Shown here in pieces: positions 1-13,174 of a DNA stretch of 64,000 bases. Position numbers and translations under genes: made by a program. This DNA comes from Mobula hypostoma (Eukaryota). Location of the stretch: the NCBI RefSeq assembly GCF_963921235.1, contig NC_086097.1, positions 251,102,001 through 251,166,000 on the forward strand, in the 5' to 3' direction. The first letter of the stretch is position 1, and every line of letters starts with the position of its first letter. Under the pieces are notes generated by a model. It made no database searches, was not told the origin of the DNA, and saw nothing but the letters and a program-made list of their open reading frames with translations.

Positions 1-2017
1 TGCTCCTTTGTCTTATGGGTCTGTTTCTATACTGTAGTGCCCTTTGACTCCATGAGGGTAGATTACAAATATTAACCATTATGTAGAAAAATAGTCATGG
101 GAAAATCTGGCCACTTGAGAATGTTTGAGAAAATTCAGCAAATAGTGTCATGAATGAACAGTGTGTGCACCAGGAAAGAAACTATAGTTCCTGAAGCAAT
201 GGCTCAGGGCTAAAAAAAAATGCAATGAACTGGGAGTACAGTAGCTGCTGAACAATCACTGCAGTGGACAGGAGGGTTCTACAATGGGTAGCAAAAATGC
301 CCAACGCATCACCCGCACCAGCCTATTCGCCATCAAGGACATAAATACAGAAAGGTGCCGGAAAAGGGTCAGCAACATCATGAAGGATCCCACCCACCCT
401 GCTCATGGACTGTTTGTCCCACTCCCATCAGGGAGGAGGCTATGTAGCATCCATGCTGGAACTACCAGACTCAAAAACAAGCAACACACATCAAAGTTGC
501 TGGTGGGGTTGATGTGTGTTGCCTGAATTTCCAGCATCTGCAGAATTCCTCGTGTTTGCGAGACTCAAAATCAGTTACTTTCCCCAAAAAGTAAAGCTGA
601 TCAGCACCTCCACCCATTAACCCACCCCTCCACACCCCCAACCACCACTTTATCATTTCCTGGCAGTCACCTTATGTACACACACTCCTGTGCATAGTAA
701 AACTTTATGGAGACACAATCTATGTAAGTAATTATATTTATTATGCTTTTTTATTATTATTGTGTTTTTTTAATCTTATTGTGTTTTTTTGTAATATATC
801 AGATCCAGAGTAATAATTGTTTTGTTCCCCTTTACCCTTGTGTACTGGAAATGCCATTAAACAAGCTTGAATCAATCTATGTACCTAAGATAGTAGATAA
901 GTTATCTGATGTTTTATATTTATTGTGGTTTCTATTTTAGTGTGCTTTATCTTATTGTGATTTTTTTTGTGCTCCATCAGATCCAGAGTAACAATTAATT
1001 CAGTTTCCTTTACACTTGTGTACTGAATGACATTGAATAATGTGCAACAGACACAAAATGCTGGAAGAACTCAGCACAGCTGGCCTGCCGAGTTCCTCCA
1101 GCATTTTGCACATGTTGCTTGGATTTGCAGTATCTGCAGATTTTCTTGTTTGCGATTGAATGATGTGCGATCCAACTATTCAGAAATCCTCCTGGTTTGA
1201 TATCCAGTTGACGTTTGCCCAGCTCCTCTTAAACCTGCTTCAAGTCTAGTTACTGTGTTCTGTTAAATTCACTGGGGCCCCAGTTACCACAATCCCTTTA
1301 AACTTACCAGATCAAAGGCAAAGTCGAGATGATTGTCATATGCACAAGTACATGAATGCGCAGCTGTGATGTAAAAACTTACTTGTAGCAGCATTGCAGG
1401 AACATAGCATCATGTACAGCATTTACAAGAAAAACAAAAACATAAATTGTACACATTTGTTTTCAAGAACACAATTAGAACAAAAGAGTCCATTTTATTG
1501 CAAGGTGGTCATCGGGCTGTTAAACTGTATTGATTAGGGTTTTGCCTTTTTTAATATCCCGTGTAATATTTCTTAAAGTGAATTAGAGATGTGTTCAGTG
1601 CTATCCAGTTGTTAAATTCAAAAGTTTAAGTAAATTTATTGTAAAAGTGATTTTATGTCACCATATATATTGCTTTGAGATTTATTTTCTTGCAGGCATT
1701 TACAAAGAAATAAAAAATACAATATAATTAATGAAAAACTCTACATAAACGAAGACTAACAATCAATGTGCAAAAGAAAATTCTGCAAACAAAAATAATA
1801 CTGACACATGAGTCCTTCAAAGTGCATGTGTAGGTTGTATAATCAATTCAGACGAGTGGTAAGTGAAATGATCCATGTTTCTCCAGGACACCCAGCAGTT
1901 TGGCACCGAAAATCCTGCTTTAACTCTAATGTCATCTTGTTACAGGTTCCGGCCCAAAACAACATCTGTCCACATCCCCACAGATGCTGGCTGGCCCAGT
2001 GGGATTTTCCAGTCCTT

Positions 2018-2221
2018 TGTGTGTGTGTGTGAGAGAGAGTGAGTATGAGGGTGAGGATGGGTATATGTATGTATCTGTGTCAGTGTGCAGATGGGCGCGT
2101 GTGCGTGTGTGCGCGCGCGTGTGCGTGTGTGTGTGTGTGTGTGCGTGTGTGTGTGTGCGTGCGTGCGTGTGTGTGTGTGTGTGCGTGTGTGTGTGTGCGT
2201 GCGTGCGTGCGTGTGTGTGTG

Positions 2222-2251
<30 letters not shown>
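2018..2251. repeat. (GT)n/(GC)-interrupted microsatellite
   Basis: Long alternating purine-pyrimidine tract, mainly 2093-2251. Confidence 0.97.
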
Positions 2252-2252
<1 letters not shown>

Positions 2253-2399
2253 TTTCTCGAGCGAGCGCCGATGGGTGTACCGTTTGTACGTTTGTTTAGG
2301 TTTCCAGCACCTGTCCTCCTGCAGGAGGCTGTATTTAATTCTATATCAGTGCTGCCGTGGGACAAACCTTGAATGCGAGGGTTGCATTCAACCCTGCAG

Positions 2400-2730
2400 C
2401 CCCACCCTCACCAAGGCAATAAAAGACTGTTTTATATCGGATTCCCTCCACACTCCGCCCCGCAATCCCCGATCCCTCACTGTGGTGATAAAAGACTGTT
2501 TTATATCCGATTCCCTCCACACTCCGCCCCGCAATCCCCGATCCCTCACTGTGGTGATAAAAGACTGTTTTATATCCGATTCCCGCCACACTCCGCCCCG
2601 CCGCCTCACCTGTCATTCCGGCGGTTCACGCCCCCTGGAGCTAATCGCCGTAAAGTTCATCCGGCATGCATTTGCGACGTTTTGCGGCATTGACTGGAAA
2701 CGGACAGAATTGTAAGAGGGGCGGCGATGG
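2400..2730. promoter_or_regulatory. CpG-rich putative promoter and non-coding first exon(s)
   Basis: CpG-dense non-TE-looking stretch; three GC boxes (CTCCGCCCC); + strand donor-like aatt|gtaaga at 2712; - strand donor-like ACAG|gtgagg at 2609; C-skew left and G-skew right. The RING gene needs an upstream exon because its ATG lies 1 nt after an acceptor. Confidence 0.6.
2419..2601. repeat. 69-bp tandem repeat, about 2.6 copies
   Basis: ataaaagactgttttatatc... starts at 2419, 2488 and 2557. Confidence 0.95.
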
Positions 2731-3880
2731 GTGACTGGGGGTTGGGCGGGACTGGCGAGGGGTGACCGGGTGTGGGGCGTTTTAGGGTGGGGTGACTGGC
2801 GATGGGTGACCAGACGTGGGGCGTTTTAGTTTGGGGGGACTGGCGAGGGGTGACGAGCTGTTTGGCGTTTTAGGGTGGGGGTACTGGCGAGGGGTGACCG
2901 GGTGTGGGGCGTTTTAGGGTGGGGGGACTGGCGAGGAGTGACGGGCTGTGTGGTGGGTGAGGGTGGGGTACTGGCGAGGGGTGACCGGGTGTGGGGCGTT
3001 TTAGGGTGGGGGGACTGGCGAGGGGTGACTGGGTGTGGGGCGTTTTAGGGTGGGGGGACTGGCGAGGGGTGACTGGGTGTGGGGCGTTTTAGGGTGGGGG
3101 GACTGGCGAGGGGTGACTGGGTGTTGGGCGTTTTAGTTTGGGGGAACTGGCGAGGGGTGACCGGGTGTGGGGCGTTTTAGGGTAGGGGGACTGATGATTG
3201 GAACCAGCAGGGGTGATGAGGTGGGTGGGGGGGACTGGCGATGGGTGATAGGCTGTGTGGCGGGTGAGGGTGGGGTACTGGCGAGGGGTGACGGGTGTGG
3301 GGTGAGGGGAACCGGCAGGGGGGTGATGAGGTGGGTGGGTGGGGGGACTTGTGAGGGGTGACGGGTTGTGGGGCTGGTGAAGGGGGGACTAGCGAGGGCT
3401 GATGGGGTGTGAGGCGGGTGAGGGTGAAGGGCTAACGAGGGGAGACATGGTTGGGTGCTGTGGAGGGTTATGTCTGGTGTGAGGGTGTGTGGAGGGGTAA
3501 CAAATGGGGCGTTTATGTCTGGTGTGTGGGACAATGAGTGGGGGTGATTGTTTCTGATGGGCAGGGGCTGTGCGAGGGGAAACGAGTGGGGAATTTGTGT
3601 TTGTTGGGCAGGGGGTGTGTGAAGAGTAACTTGGGGTTTGTCTCTGATGTGAGGGGTAAATTGTGGTTTGTGTCTGGTGTGGGGGGTGTGTGAGGGGTAA
3701 CGTGTGGGGGTTTTGGTAGGCAGGGGGTGTGTGAGGGGTAATGAGTGAGGGGTTTGTGTCTGGTGGGCAGGAGGTTTGCAAGGGGTAACGGGTTGTGTCT
3801 GGTGTGAGGGGTAATGTGGGAGGTTGTGTCTGGTGTGAGGGTGTGTGTGAACAGTAACGAGTGGGGGAGTTGTGTCATGT
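2718..3880. repeat. G-rich minisatellite (about 44-bp unit) decaying into GT-rich low complexity
   Basis: Unit gactggcgaggggtgacYgggtgtggggcgttttagggtggggg, period 44 at 3013/3057/3101; degenerate after about 3200. Confidence 0.92.
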
Positions 3881-4605
3881 AAGGGGCAACGAGTGTGGGA
3901 TTTTGACTTGGGAGAGGGCTGGCTGGTCAGTGATGGTAATGCTGAGGGAGTTGGTTATACATGTTATATATGAACCCCTAGCTTGTAGATATTGATTTAC
4001 TGTGGCTATACTGGATGATTGGGAATGTACCAAAGGGTTAAAGACTCCTGCTACTTAAAAATCCATTCAATTCTGTCTACCACAGCCTTTTTATTCTCTG
4101 CACGTTTAGCTCCCGTAGTTAACTACTGAACACTAAGTAATGATGTGTTATTGATAGTTCTGGTAATTACTTCTGAATACCTTGTTGGGTTTATTGGTGA
4201 CTGTTGACTCCAAAGCCTGTGTTTGGTGATAGATTTCTTGGTATTGTCACTTGTACTGAGTTACAGTGAAAAACTTGCCTTGCGTACTTTTTATACGGAA
4301 TCAGATTTAATGTCATTGACATGTTTTGTGAAATTTGTTGTTTTGGGCAACAGTATATTGCAATACATAATAAAAAACTATAAATTAAAATAAGAAATAT
4401 ATATAAAACATTAATATCAGTAAGTAGTGCAAAAAGAGTAACAAAAAAATGGGGAAATGGTGTTCAAAGGTTCATTGAGAGTTCAGAAATCTGATGGAGG
4501 GGAAGAAGCTGTTCCTGAAACATTGGGTGTGGGTCTTTAGGCACTTCTACCACCTTTTTCATGGCAACAAAGAGAAAAGGACTTTGGGCACCCTTAATAA
4601 TGGAT

Positions 4606-5088
4606 ACACGAGGAAATCTGCAGATGCTAGAATTTCAAGCAACACACCTGATGGCATGAACATTGACTTCTCAAACTTCCACTAATGCCCCACCTCCCAC
4701 TCATAACCCATCCGTTATTTATTTATTTATATACACACATTGTTTTTCTCTCTCCCCTTTTTCTCCCTCTGTCCCTCTCACTATACCCCTTGCCCTTCCT
4801 CTGGGCTTCCCCCCTCCCCCTTTTCTTTCTCCCTGGGCCTCCTGTCCCATGATCCTCTCGTATCCCTTTTGCCAATCACTTGTCCAGCTCTTGGCTCCAT
4901 CCCTCCCCCTCCTGTCTTCTCCTATCATTTTGGATCTCCCCCTCCCCCTCCCACTTTCAAATCTCTTACTCACTCTTCCTTCAGTTAGTCCTAACGAAGG
5001 GTCTCGGCCTGAAACGTCGACTGTATCTCTTCCTAGAGATGCTACCTGGCCTGCTGCGTTCACCAGCCACTTTGATGTGTGTTGCTTG
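4606..5088 (+). mobile_element. Penelope-like (Neptune-type) 3' fragment with 5' inversion, inside a Rex1/Babar remnant
   Basis: Encodes PDGMNIDFSNF* as in the 33.5-kb copy; 3' UTR nearly identical to 33116-33541; flanked by ATGGAT at 4600 and 5089. Confidence 0.88.
4987..5022 (+). ncRNA. Hammerhead ribozyme with core mutation (CUGA to CUAA), probably inactive
   Basis: AGTC-CTAACGA-AGGgtctcggCCT-GAAA-CGTC-GACT. Confidence 0.75.
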
Positions 5089-5219
5089 ATGGATGCTGCC
5101 TTTTGAAGGTTTCTTTGGTGCTGGGGAGTCTAGTGCCCGTGGTGGAGATGGTAGAGTTTGCAACTTTCTGTAGCCTTATCTAATCCTGTCATCCTGTCAC
5201 GCGCTGTTGAACTTGAACA

Positions 5220-5703
5220 TAGGGTTGCCAACTATCCCGTATTTGCCAGGACATCCCGTATATGGGGCTAAATTGGTTTGTCCTGTATTTCCGCCGCTAA
5301 GGTAGAGCATTCCTATGAAACCTTTCGTGCCGAAATGGCGTGAAGCGAAGAAGCAATTACCATTAATTTATATGGGAAAAATTTTTGAGCATTCCTAGAC
5401 CCAAAAAAGAACCTAACAAATCATACCAAATAACACATAAAACCAAAAATAAATAACACTAACATATAGTAAAAGCAGGAATGATATGATAAATACACAG
5501 CCTATATAAAGTAGAAATAATGTATGTACAGTGTAGTGGGGAAGATGAAGGCAAAACTGATTAGTGGGAAAAAATCGACACATACGCACACAGGTGCCCG
5601 CACAAGGCTTCATGGTCATGGTAGTCTTTCCTGGGGTAAAGTGTCCCGGGATTTGACTGCTACTTTTGTCCCTTATTTGGGAGTGAGAAAGTTGGCAACC
5701 CTA
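5220..5703. mobile_element. Non-autonomous DNA transposon (hAT-like termini)
   Basis: 14-bp TIR TAGGGTTGCCAACT...AGTTGGCAACCCTA; no matching 8-bp TSD seen. Confidence 0.7.
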
Positions 5704-8700
5704 ACTGTAAAAGACATATTGAGGTGAGTTTAACCCTACTTGAACACCACCCCCTGGTCGGCCGGTCCACAAGAATATTGTCAATATTAAACCAGTCCGC
5801 GGTGCAAAAAAGCTTGGGGACCCCTGGATTAGAGAGCTTAAGGTAAAAGAACTCCTGGGGGAAAGTGATCACAATATGATCGAAATTAATTCTGAAATTT
5901 GAGAAGGAGAAGCTGAACTCAAATGTATTAGTGTTACAGACAAGAGAAAATCTGCGGGTGCTAGAAATCCAAGCAACATACACAATATCCAGCATTTTAT
6001 TTGTATTGTATCAGTATTACATTACACCAGTGCTATAACGCCTCAGTATTACATCTTTGTTTTTATATTCAAGTCCTCTTGAAATAAATGCTAACATTGC
6101 TTTTGCCTTCCTCACCACAGACTCAACCTGCTGGTTAACCTTTAAGGAATCCTGCATGAGGACTCCCAAGTCTCTTTGCACCTCAGATTTTTGTATTTTC
6201 TCCTCATTTAGAAAATAGTCTATTCTGTGCTTTTATTCCTTCTATCAAAGTACATGACTGTATGCTTCCCAACACAGTAATCCATCTGCCACTTCTTTGC
6301 CTATACTCCAAATCCTTCTGTAGACCCCTTGCTTCCTCAACACTACCTGTCTCTCAACCGGTCTTCATACCATTTGTAAACTTGGCCACAAAGCCATCCA
6401 AGTCAACATAAAAAGAAACATCGACTCCTGCAGGCTTCAGGGCTTCTGTACCACCACCTTAATGGTAGTAATGGAAAGAGGAGATGTCCTGATAGTCCAG
6501 GAATAAGGGAAAGGAGACAGGATACCAGAGGGAGGAAGGTGAAGGTGATGGGCTGATTTCTAGGTTAGGGGAGAATAAAGAGAAGAGATCATGGAGAGAG
6601 GTAGGAATGTAGAAGGTGGTCCTTTCACTTTGAGAGTTGATGGGATAAGACTGTGTCTGGTTGTAGATTCATGCAGGAAGTAGATGGGAGAGAAAGTTTA
6701 AGACAGTCTTTTCAGTACGGGAGGTTGTTGGATAAGTAAAACCCTGCTAGTAATCTTAATAAGAAATGTGTAAATCTATTATCAAATGTTATGGGGAGAA
6801 GGCAGGAGAACGGGGTTGAGAGGGATAATAATCAGCCATGATGGAATGATGGAGCAGGCTCAACGGGTCAAATGACGTAAGACACGGGAGCAGAACTTTC
6901 TTACGGGCAGTCACGTTAACTACAAAGAAACACAATGGAATCAGTGAAAAAACATACACAAAAGGGACAAACAACAACGTGCAAAAGCAACAAACTACAA
7001 AAAAGAAAACAAAATAATACTGAATAAGCAATAAATATCGAGAACATGAGATGAAGAACAGCATAAGGGCAGAAATTGTAGTAAACTGCTGAGAACTCTT
7101 CGTTGTTAAAGTGTTGGTATTGTTGTAATAAATTGGCTTATTTTTGTCACATGTACCAAGGGTACAGTAAAAATCAAGTCTTGCTACTGTTCATACAGTT
7201 TAATTCATTACAACAGTGCACTGAGTAGTACAAGGGAAAACAACAGGAGTTGTAATATACGTACCAGTAGATAGCCTCAGGTTTTTTTCCAGGGCAGAAG
7301 TGGTTAACATGAGGGAGCATAATTTTAAAGTAATTGATGGAAAGTATAGGGGGTGCCATCAGAGGTAAGTATTTTACATGATGAGAGCGTGTAATAGCTG
7401 TAGGGGGTGGTGGTAGAGGAAGATGCATTAGGGCCATTTAAGAAACTCCTTAGATAGACACATGGATGATAGAAATTGGAGGGCCGTGGAGAAGAGAAGG
7501 GTAAGATTGATAGTCATAAAGAAGTACAGCACAGATACTTGTTGTAAGCACAGATCTTGTAGTAAGCTTGAAGGTTGCTACAACATTGTGGGCCAAAGGG
7601 TCTGTACTGTGCTGTTAAGTTCTATGTACAGTATATCACAGTTGTAAAGGAGAAAGAGAGTCACAAAAAGAATTGCATGTTGTATCTTGCAGCCTTGTTC
7701 ACAGAACTGATACAAAGTGGGAATAGCAATTCTGTCAATTTCATTGGTGAGGAATAGTTGTGAAAGATCTAGGTAAGTAAGCTTTATTGTAGTGTTATGA
7801 ATTACTTAAATAGGTAACATTTAATTGTTTAATTTTTCATTATTCTTGATCCTTCTGAATGTCTGGCAATCACATTAAATGTGAAATTGTTCTAACTCTG
7901 GCAGCAATGTAATCAAGTGCATTAAATCAGTTTTGAAAATATAGTCATGAGTAATATTAGATTCAGATTTATTTATTTATTTATTTATCACGTGTGTCAT
8001 TGCATTTACAACCAACACTCCCAGAGGTGTGCTGAGGGTAGCCCACAAGTGGTGCCTCACATTCCGGCACCAACATAACATGCCCACAGTGTTCAGCAGA
8101 ACAACACAACAAGATTCTACACACACACACTCCTCTAACCCAGGGACAGGCTGTCTTCGGTCACCAGTCTCCAGCAGGACTCAGACTTAAAGAAATTGGG
8201 CCTTAGACTTGCTCAGCAGGTCTTCAGACCCAGGTCTCTAATCAGAAATGTTGATGTCTGGGTGAAATTCTTCCAAAGTATACAATTTTTAAGTCACTGC
8301 AAACCTGTTCATGCATTAAATTATCTCATCTTCTCCCAAACCAACCCAGGAAATAAAAATAATCTTGGCTAAACACTGCAGATTATGAACAAGAGATGTG
8401 AGTTAAGAGTGTGCACAGGGTAGGCACAATTTCCCCCTCTCCATGGCAAATTCTACTGCTATGCCTTAAGGTCTTATGGAATAATTTTTATTTTATATTC
8501 TAATGAGGAATCCACTTGCTACTTTACATTTATGAAGTCTGTAAAATTGTGGATATTTTTCTGGCTGAATGTTGGATATTTTGGATAATTTTTAATGAGT
8601 AAATTAAATGTATTATTTAGAACAAAATTCTATGGTTTTAGAGTCAGAACACTACAGGACAGAAACAGGCCCTTTGGCCCATCTAGTCCATGCTGAACTA

Positions 8701-9386
8701 TTAATCTGTGTAGTCCCATCAACCTGCATTCAGACCATAGTCTTCCATACCCCTCCCATCTATGTACCTATCCAAATTTCTCTCAAATACTGAAATCAAA
8801 CCTGCATCTACCATCCACTGGCAGCTTGTTCCACACTCTCACCACCCTAAGAGTGAAGAAGTTCCCCTCCTGTTCCCCTTAAACGTTTCCTCTTTCACCC
8901 TTGACCTATGATCTCTAGTTCTAGTCTTGCTCAACCTTAGGGTAACTGCAAGTAGGCTTCTTCCACTATATACTCCTCATAATTTTGTATACCTCTATCA
9001 AATCTCCCCTCGTTCTGTGCTCTAGGGAATAAAGTATTAACTTGTTCAACCTTTCCCTATAACTTAGGTTGTCCATTCCTTGTAAATTTTCTCTGTACTC
9101 TTTCAATATTAACATCTTTTCTGTAGGTAGGGGACCAAAATAGCACACAATACCCAAAATTAGGCCTCTACAACTTCTTACACAATTTCAACATAACATT
9201 CCCATTGCTGTACTCAATATAGAAATACTCTATGAAGGCCAATGCGCCAAAAGCTTTCTTTATGACCCTATTTACCTGTGATGCCACTTTCAAGGCAGTA
9301 TGGACCTCTCTTCCCATATCCCTCTGATGTAAGTTCCATCCTTCTCTTTTATTCAGTGATATTTTTTTTAAAATGTAAATTGCTTT

Positions 9387-9962
9387 TGTAACCCTCTGGT
9401 TCTGTGGGCTGTGTAATTCTGGGGAAGACAATCTCTGGCCCCGGCAAATGTATGAAATTGATTTGCAAAACCTCCTGTTTGTGTGGATGCTGTGTGATGT
9501 GTTCCCTGCTACAAATCAGTACCATGAAATAACAAACAGTACACCATATGTAATTAAACGATTTGGCTTTGTAATTCTTAACTTGACTAAAGGGTTAGTA
9601 AAGAAAAACAAAAAGAAAAGGGCCCATTTTAATGGAACAGTCTAATATGCACAAGTTGGAGCTCACGGTTTCCCTTTTGCTGATCTTCCATCGATTTCCC
9701 CGGGCTTCGTCGACTCCTGGCCCCACTCGAAGTCCCCTCCTTGCTGGTGTCTACGGCCTCTCCTTTCTGGCGTTTTCTCTCTCCATCTCTTGCCGAACAA
9801 AAGCCCTAGATCACCTCGGTCTCGGGCACACAGCACAAAAACATACTTCCCTCACTGGACGGCTCACATTCCAAAGCACCCATTATTTCTAACCAACACC
9901 CAAACACTGCTTCAACAGAAAGACCATTACATTAGCAGTGAAACCTTTCCCAGGGTGTTACA
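9387..9962. mobile_element. Solo LTR (576 bp), Gypsy- or ERV-type
   Basis: TGTAAC...GTTACA termini, flanked by 4-bp TSD CTTT (9383-9386 and 9963-9966). Confidence 0.85.
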
Positions 9963-10251
9963 CTTATTTATCTTTCGCCAACAGGTGGGGAATTTGTGGA
10001 ATTTGTTGCCATGTGCAGCTGTGGAGGCCAGGTCGTTGGGTGTATTTAAGGCAGAGGTTGATAGGTTCTTGATTGGACATGGCATCAAAGGCTACGGGGA
10101 GAAGGCCGGGAACTGGGGTTGAGGAGGAGAAAAAAAAGGATCAGCCAAGATTGAATGGCGGAGAAGACTCGATGGGCCGGATGACCTGATTCTGCTCCTG
10201 TGTCTTATGGTCTTATGATTTTAACATTTAACTCGTGTTTTCTGTGATAGA

Positions 10252-10457
10252 ATGGGATATGATATTGAACGATTTATCGGCTATGTAAACGAAGGTCTTT
10301 TGTGTTGCATTTGCCGAGACGTGTTGGAGAATCCATTACAGGCTCCATGTGAGCACGCCTTCTGTACGTCATGTATTCATGGGTGGCTCATACAGAACCA
10401 CAACTGCCCCGAAGATCGGCAGACCCTGGACACATCCATGCTTCGACCACTATTCAG
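10252..10457 (+). CDS. rnf41l: RNF41/RNF151-like RING E3 ligase, coding exon 1 (RING domain)
   Basis: Acceptor tgatag|A at 10249-10250, ATG 10252, MGYDIERFIGYVNEGLLCCICRDVLENPLQAPCEHAFCTSCIHGWLIQNHNCPEDR resembles the RNF41/NRDP1 N-terminus (C3HC3D-type RING); donor AG|gtaatt at 10458, phase 2. Symbol is tentative; such genes are also labelled RNF151-like. Confidence 0.9.
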
Positions 10458-10482
10458 GTAATTTTCCAAACTGTTATTGATA

Positions 10483-11100
10483 ATACAATGGATTCCAGTT
10501 AATTGGGACAAATCAGGACCAGTATATTTTGGCCCAATTAAGTGGCTACCTCAGTTAGCCAAAGTTTCATGAAAATAGTTAAAAAGGTATTTTAAAAAAA
10601 AGACAAACTGCTATCTAAGTGAGTGATAAATTATATATTTAAATGAAATAAAGAACAAATTAAAACACTGCTAATACTACTACAGTGCCATAAAACTGTG
10701 TATTGGTTCCAAGTAGTTATTGATGGAGGAATTCATCCAGTGTACACTGCCATGTTCTTTTGATTGACTGCAAATGAACAAAATCAGCACCGACACCTAG
10801 TATAGATAATAAACTGTCTCCATACAATGTGTTCGATAATTGCATTCTCCAAATCAACATTTTCACTGTAACACTCAAGATGATTGTTGATGCCTTCAAA
10901 TTCTTCGTAGTTCCTAACTTGCTGAAGTAGTGAAATTCTTGCATTTTCACTTCCGTTGCATCACTTGGGTTTCTGGCATCTCCAAGTCTGAATGCTTGAA
11001 ACCGCAGAGAGCAAAACAGTTCTCAAATGTCTTACTACTCGCCAGCAATCAACGACAGAGTCACTGATATTGAACACAAACACACTTTCTTATTAATGCT
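10483..11100. mobile_element. Tc1/pogo(Tigger)-like DNA transposon remnant
   Basis: Starts TA-CAATGGATTCCAGTTAATTGGG; about 200 bp is the reverse complement of 58856-59048; right boundary approximate. Confidence 0.65.
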
Positions 11101-11289
11101 AGTTTTTCATAAGCTTAAAAACCAGTTTTTGGAATCGTTTGGGTTGCGATGTTGAGAAACTTAGCACTAGAATAAAATATATAATACAATTACAAAAAAC
11201 CTTACATTTTACTCATTTCTTAATTTTAGAGCTCTGTTTTGCTCTGGAGGCACTGTTGCAAGGAGAAAGGATTTAATTGCATGGTTTGT

Positions 11290-11590
11290 GCCAAATCAAA
11301 GGACTATTTGAACACTTCTGGAAGTGTGCTTTGGGTTCTTGTCCTGCTGAAAGATGAACTTGCTCCCTAGTTTAAGCTTTCTGGCAGAGGCAAGCAGGTT
11401 TTTAATCCAGGATCTCTCTGAATTTAGCAGCGTTCATCTTCCTATCAATCCTGTCCAGATTTCCAGACCCTGCAGCTCAAAAGCATCCCCGTAGCATGAT
11501 GCTACCTCTACCATACTTTACAGTCGGAATGGTGTTACCTGGCCGATGTGCACTATTAGATTTACACCACAAAAACGTTTAGTGTTGATG
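11290..11590 (-). mobile_element. Decayed Tc1-family transposase fragment
   Basis: Minus strand translates to [37 protein letters not shown], the Tc1 TVKHGGGSIMVWGCF motif, with a stop. Confidence 0.85.
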
Positions 11591-13174
11591 TTGTGCTGAC
11601 CTTAACCCACTCCAAAAACAATCTTTTTATTATATCTAGTTATCTATAATTGTATTAAACTCAGTACTTTTAATTTCTCAGTCATGAAACACAGAATACA
11701 GCTTGTCAACTCCCACAGCCCGTGCTGACCTTGTGATTCCCATCTGAGGCCAATGTGAGAGGATCCTTCAGGAGGGTGAGCCCACAGAAGGCACCTGGCC
11801 CAGAGTGTGTACCTGACTGAGTACTGAAGACCTGTGCTAATCAAGTGTGCAGCCCAAACGCCTGTTCCATGCTGTATCTCTAAATAAATAAATAACCTCT
11901 TGCTTCAGCGGGGTTATTTTGGAGCACCAAAACACTGCATGCTTATCCTCTACTTTATACTTCTGACTGTGAGGCTAAGCACAGCTCCAATGCCATGTTT
12001 AAATTTCCTGATAACACCACTGCTGTAGGCTGAATCAAAGGTGGTGATGAATCAGCACATAGGAGAGAGATTGAAAATCTGGCTGGGTGGTTCCACAACA
12101 GCAGGTTCTTACTCAATATCAGCAAGACCAGGGAGATGATTATTGATTTCAGGAGAAGGGAACTGGAGGATCAGAGGTGGAGCGGTTCGGCAACTTTAGA
12201 TTCCTCTGAGTTATCATTTCAGAGGAGCTGGCCTGGGCCCAGCACATAAGGGCAATAATGAAGAAAGCACAGCAGCACTTCTTCTTCCTTAGGAGCTTGT
12301 GAAGATTTGACATGACATGTAGAACTTCGACAAGCTTCTATAGATTTGTGGTGGAAAGTATAAGGACTGGCTGCAGCTTTTTCCGATCCTGTGCTACCCC
12401 CCCTCCCTCCATACCAGACGATGATGTGGCCAGTTAGAATGCTATTTAACAAATACGACATCTGGAGAAACTTCTGAAATGCCTGCCTCGCTGCCGCTGC
12501 TACTGCGCGATCGAGAATCTCCGGAGGGGAAGGCCCCAAATCCTCAGCTTTGCCTATTGCCTGTTGCCGGGGCCAGGGTCGAAGCGCTTGGCAGAGATGG
12601 TGCTCGGTGTCGGAGGGCTGGTTGGAGGCTCGAAGTTTTCGGACGGACTCGAGTCAGCTGTGGTCGGGTGCTTCCAGGGTGCTGCATCGGCAAGTTTGCG
12701 GCGCTGGAAGCTCATGGCAGGGAGAGTTTCTCCCTTCTACCATCTGCATGAGATGATGGGACTTCCGAGAGACTTGGAGACTTTTTTTTTTACCGTGCCC
12801 ATGGTCTGTTCTTTATCAAATTACGGTACTGTTTTGCACTGTTGTAACTATATGTTACAATTATGTGGTTTTTGTCAGTTTTTTTTGTTAGTCTTGGTTT
12901 GTCTTGTGTTTCTGCGATATCATTCTGGAGGAACATCATTTCTTAATGCATGCATTACTAAATGACAATAAAAGAGGACTGCGTGTCCTCATAATCTAAT
13001 CTTCATTGTACATCTGTAGAAAATTTGCAAGTGTCTTTGGAGACAAACCAAATCTCCTCAAACTACTAATGAAATACAGCCACTGTCTTCCCTTCTTTGT
13101 AGTTCCATCAATATGTCGGACACTAGACAGATCTTCAGAGATGCTTTCTAATAAAAATAATTTTATTGAATAAA

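Noticed and set aside
1940..2715. ORFs with HTHT/VCVC runs and 23-aa repeats
   Set aside because: Products of the (GT)n microsatellite and the 69-bp tandem repeat.
2780..3185. Interstitial telomere
   Set aside because: TTAGGG occurs once per 44-bp unit, never in tandem.
3133..3878. Pro/Thr/His-rich ORFs
   Set aside because: Translation of G-rich low-complexity sequence.
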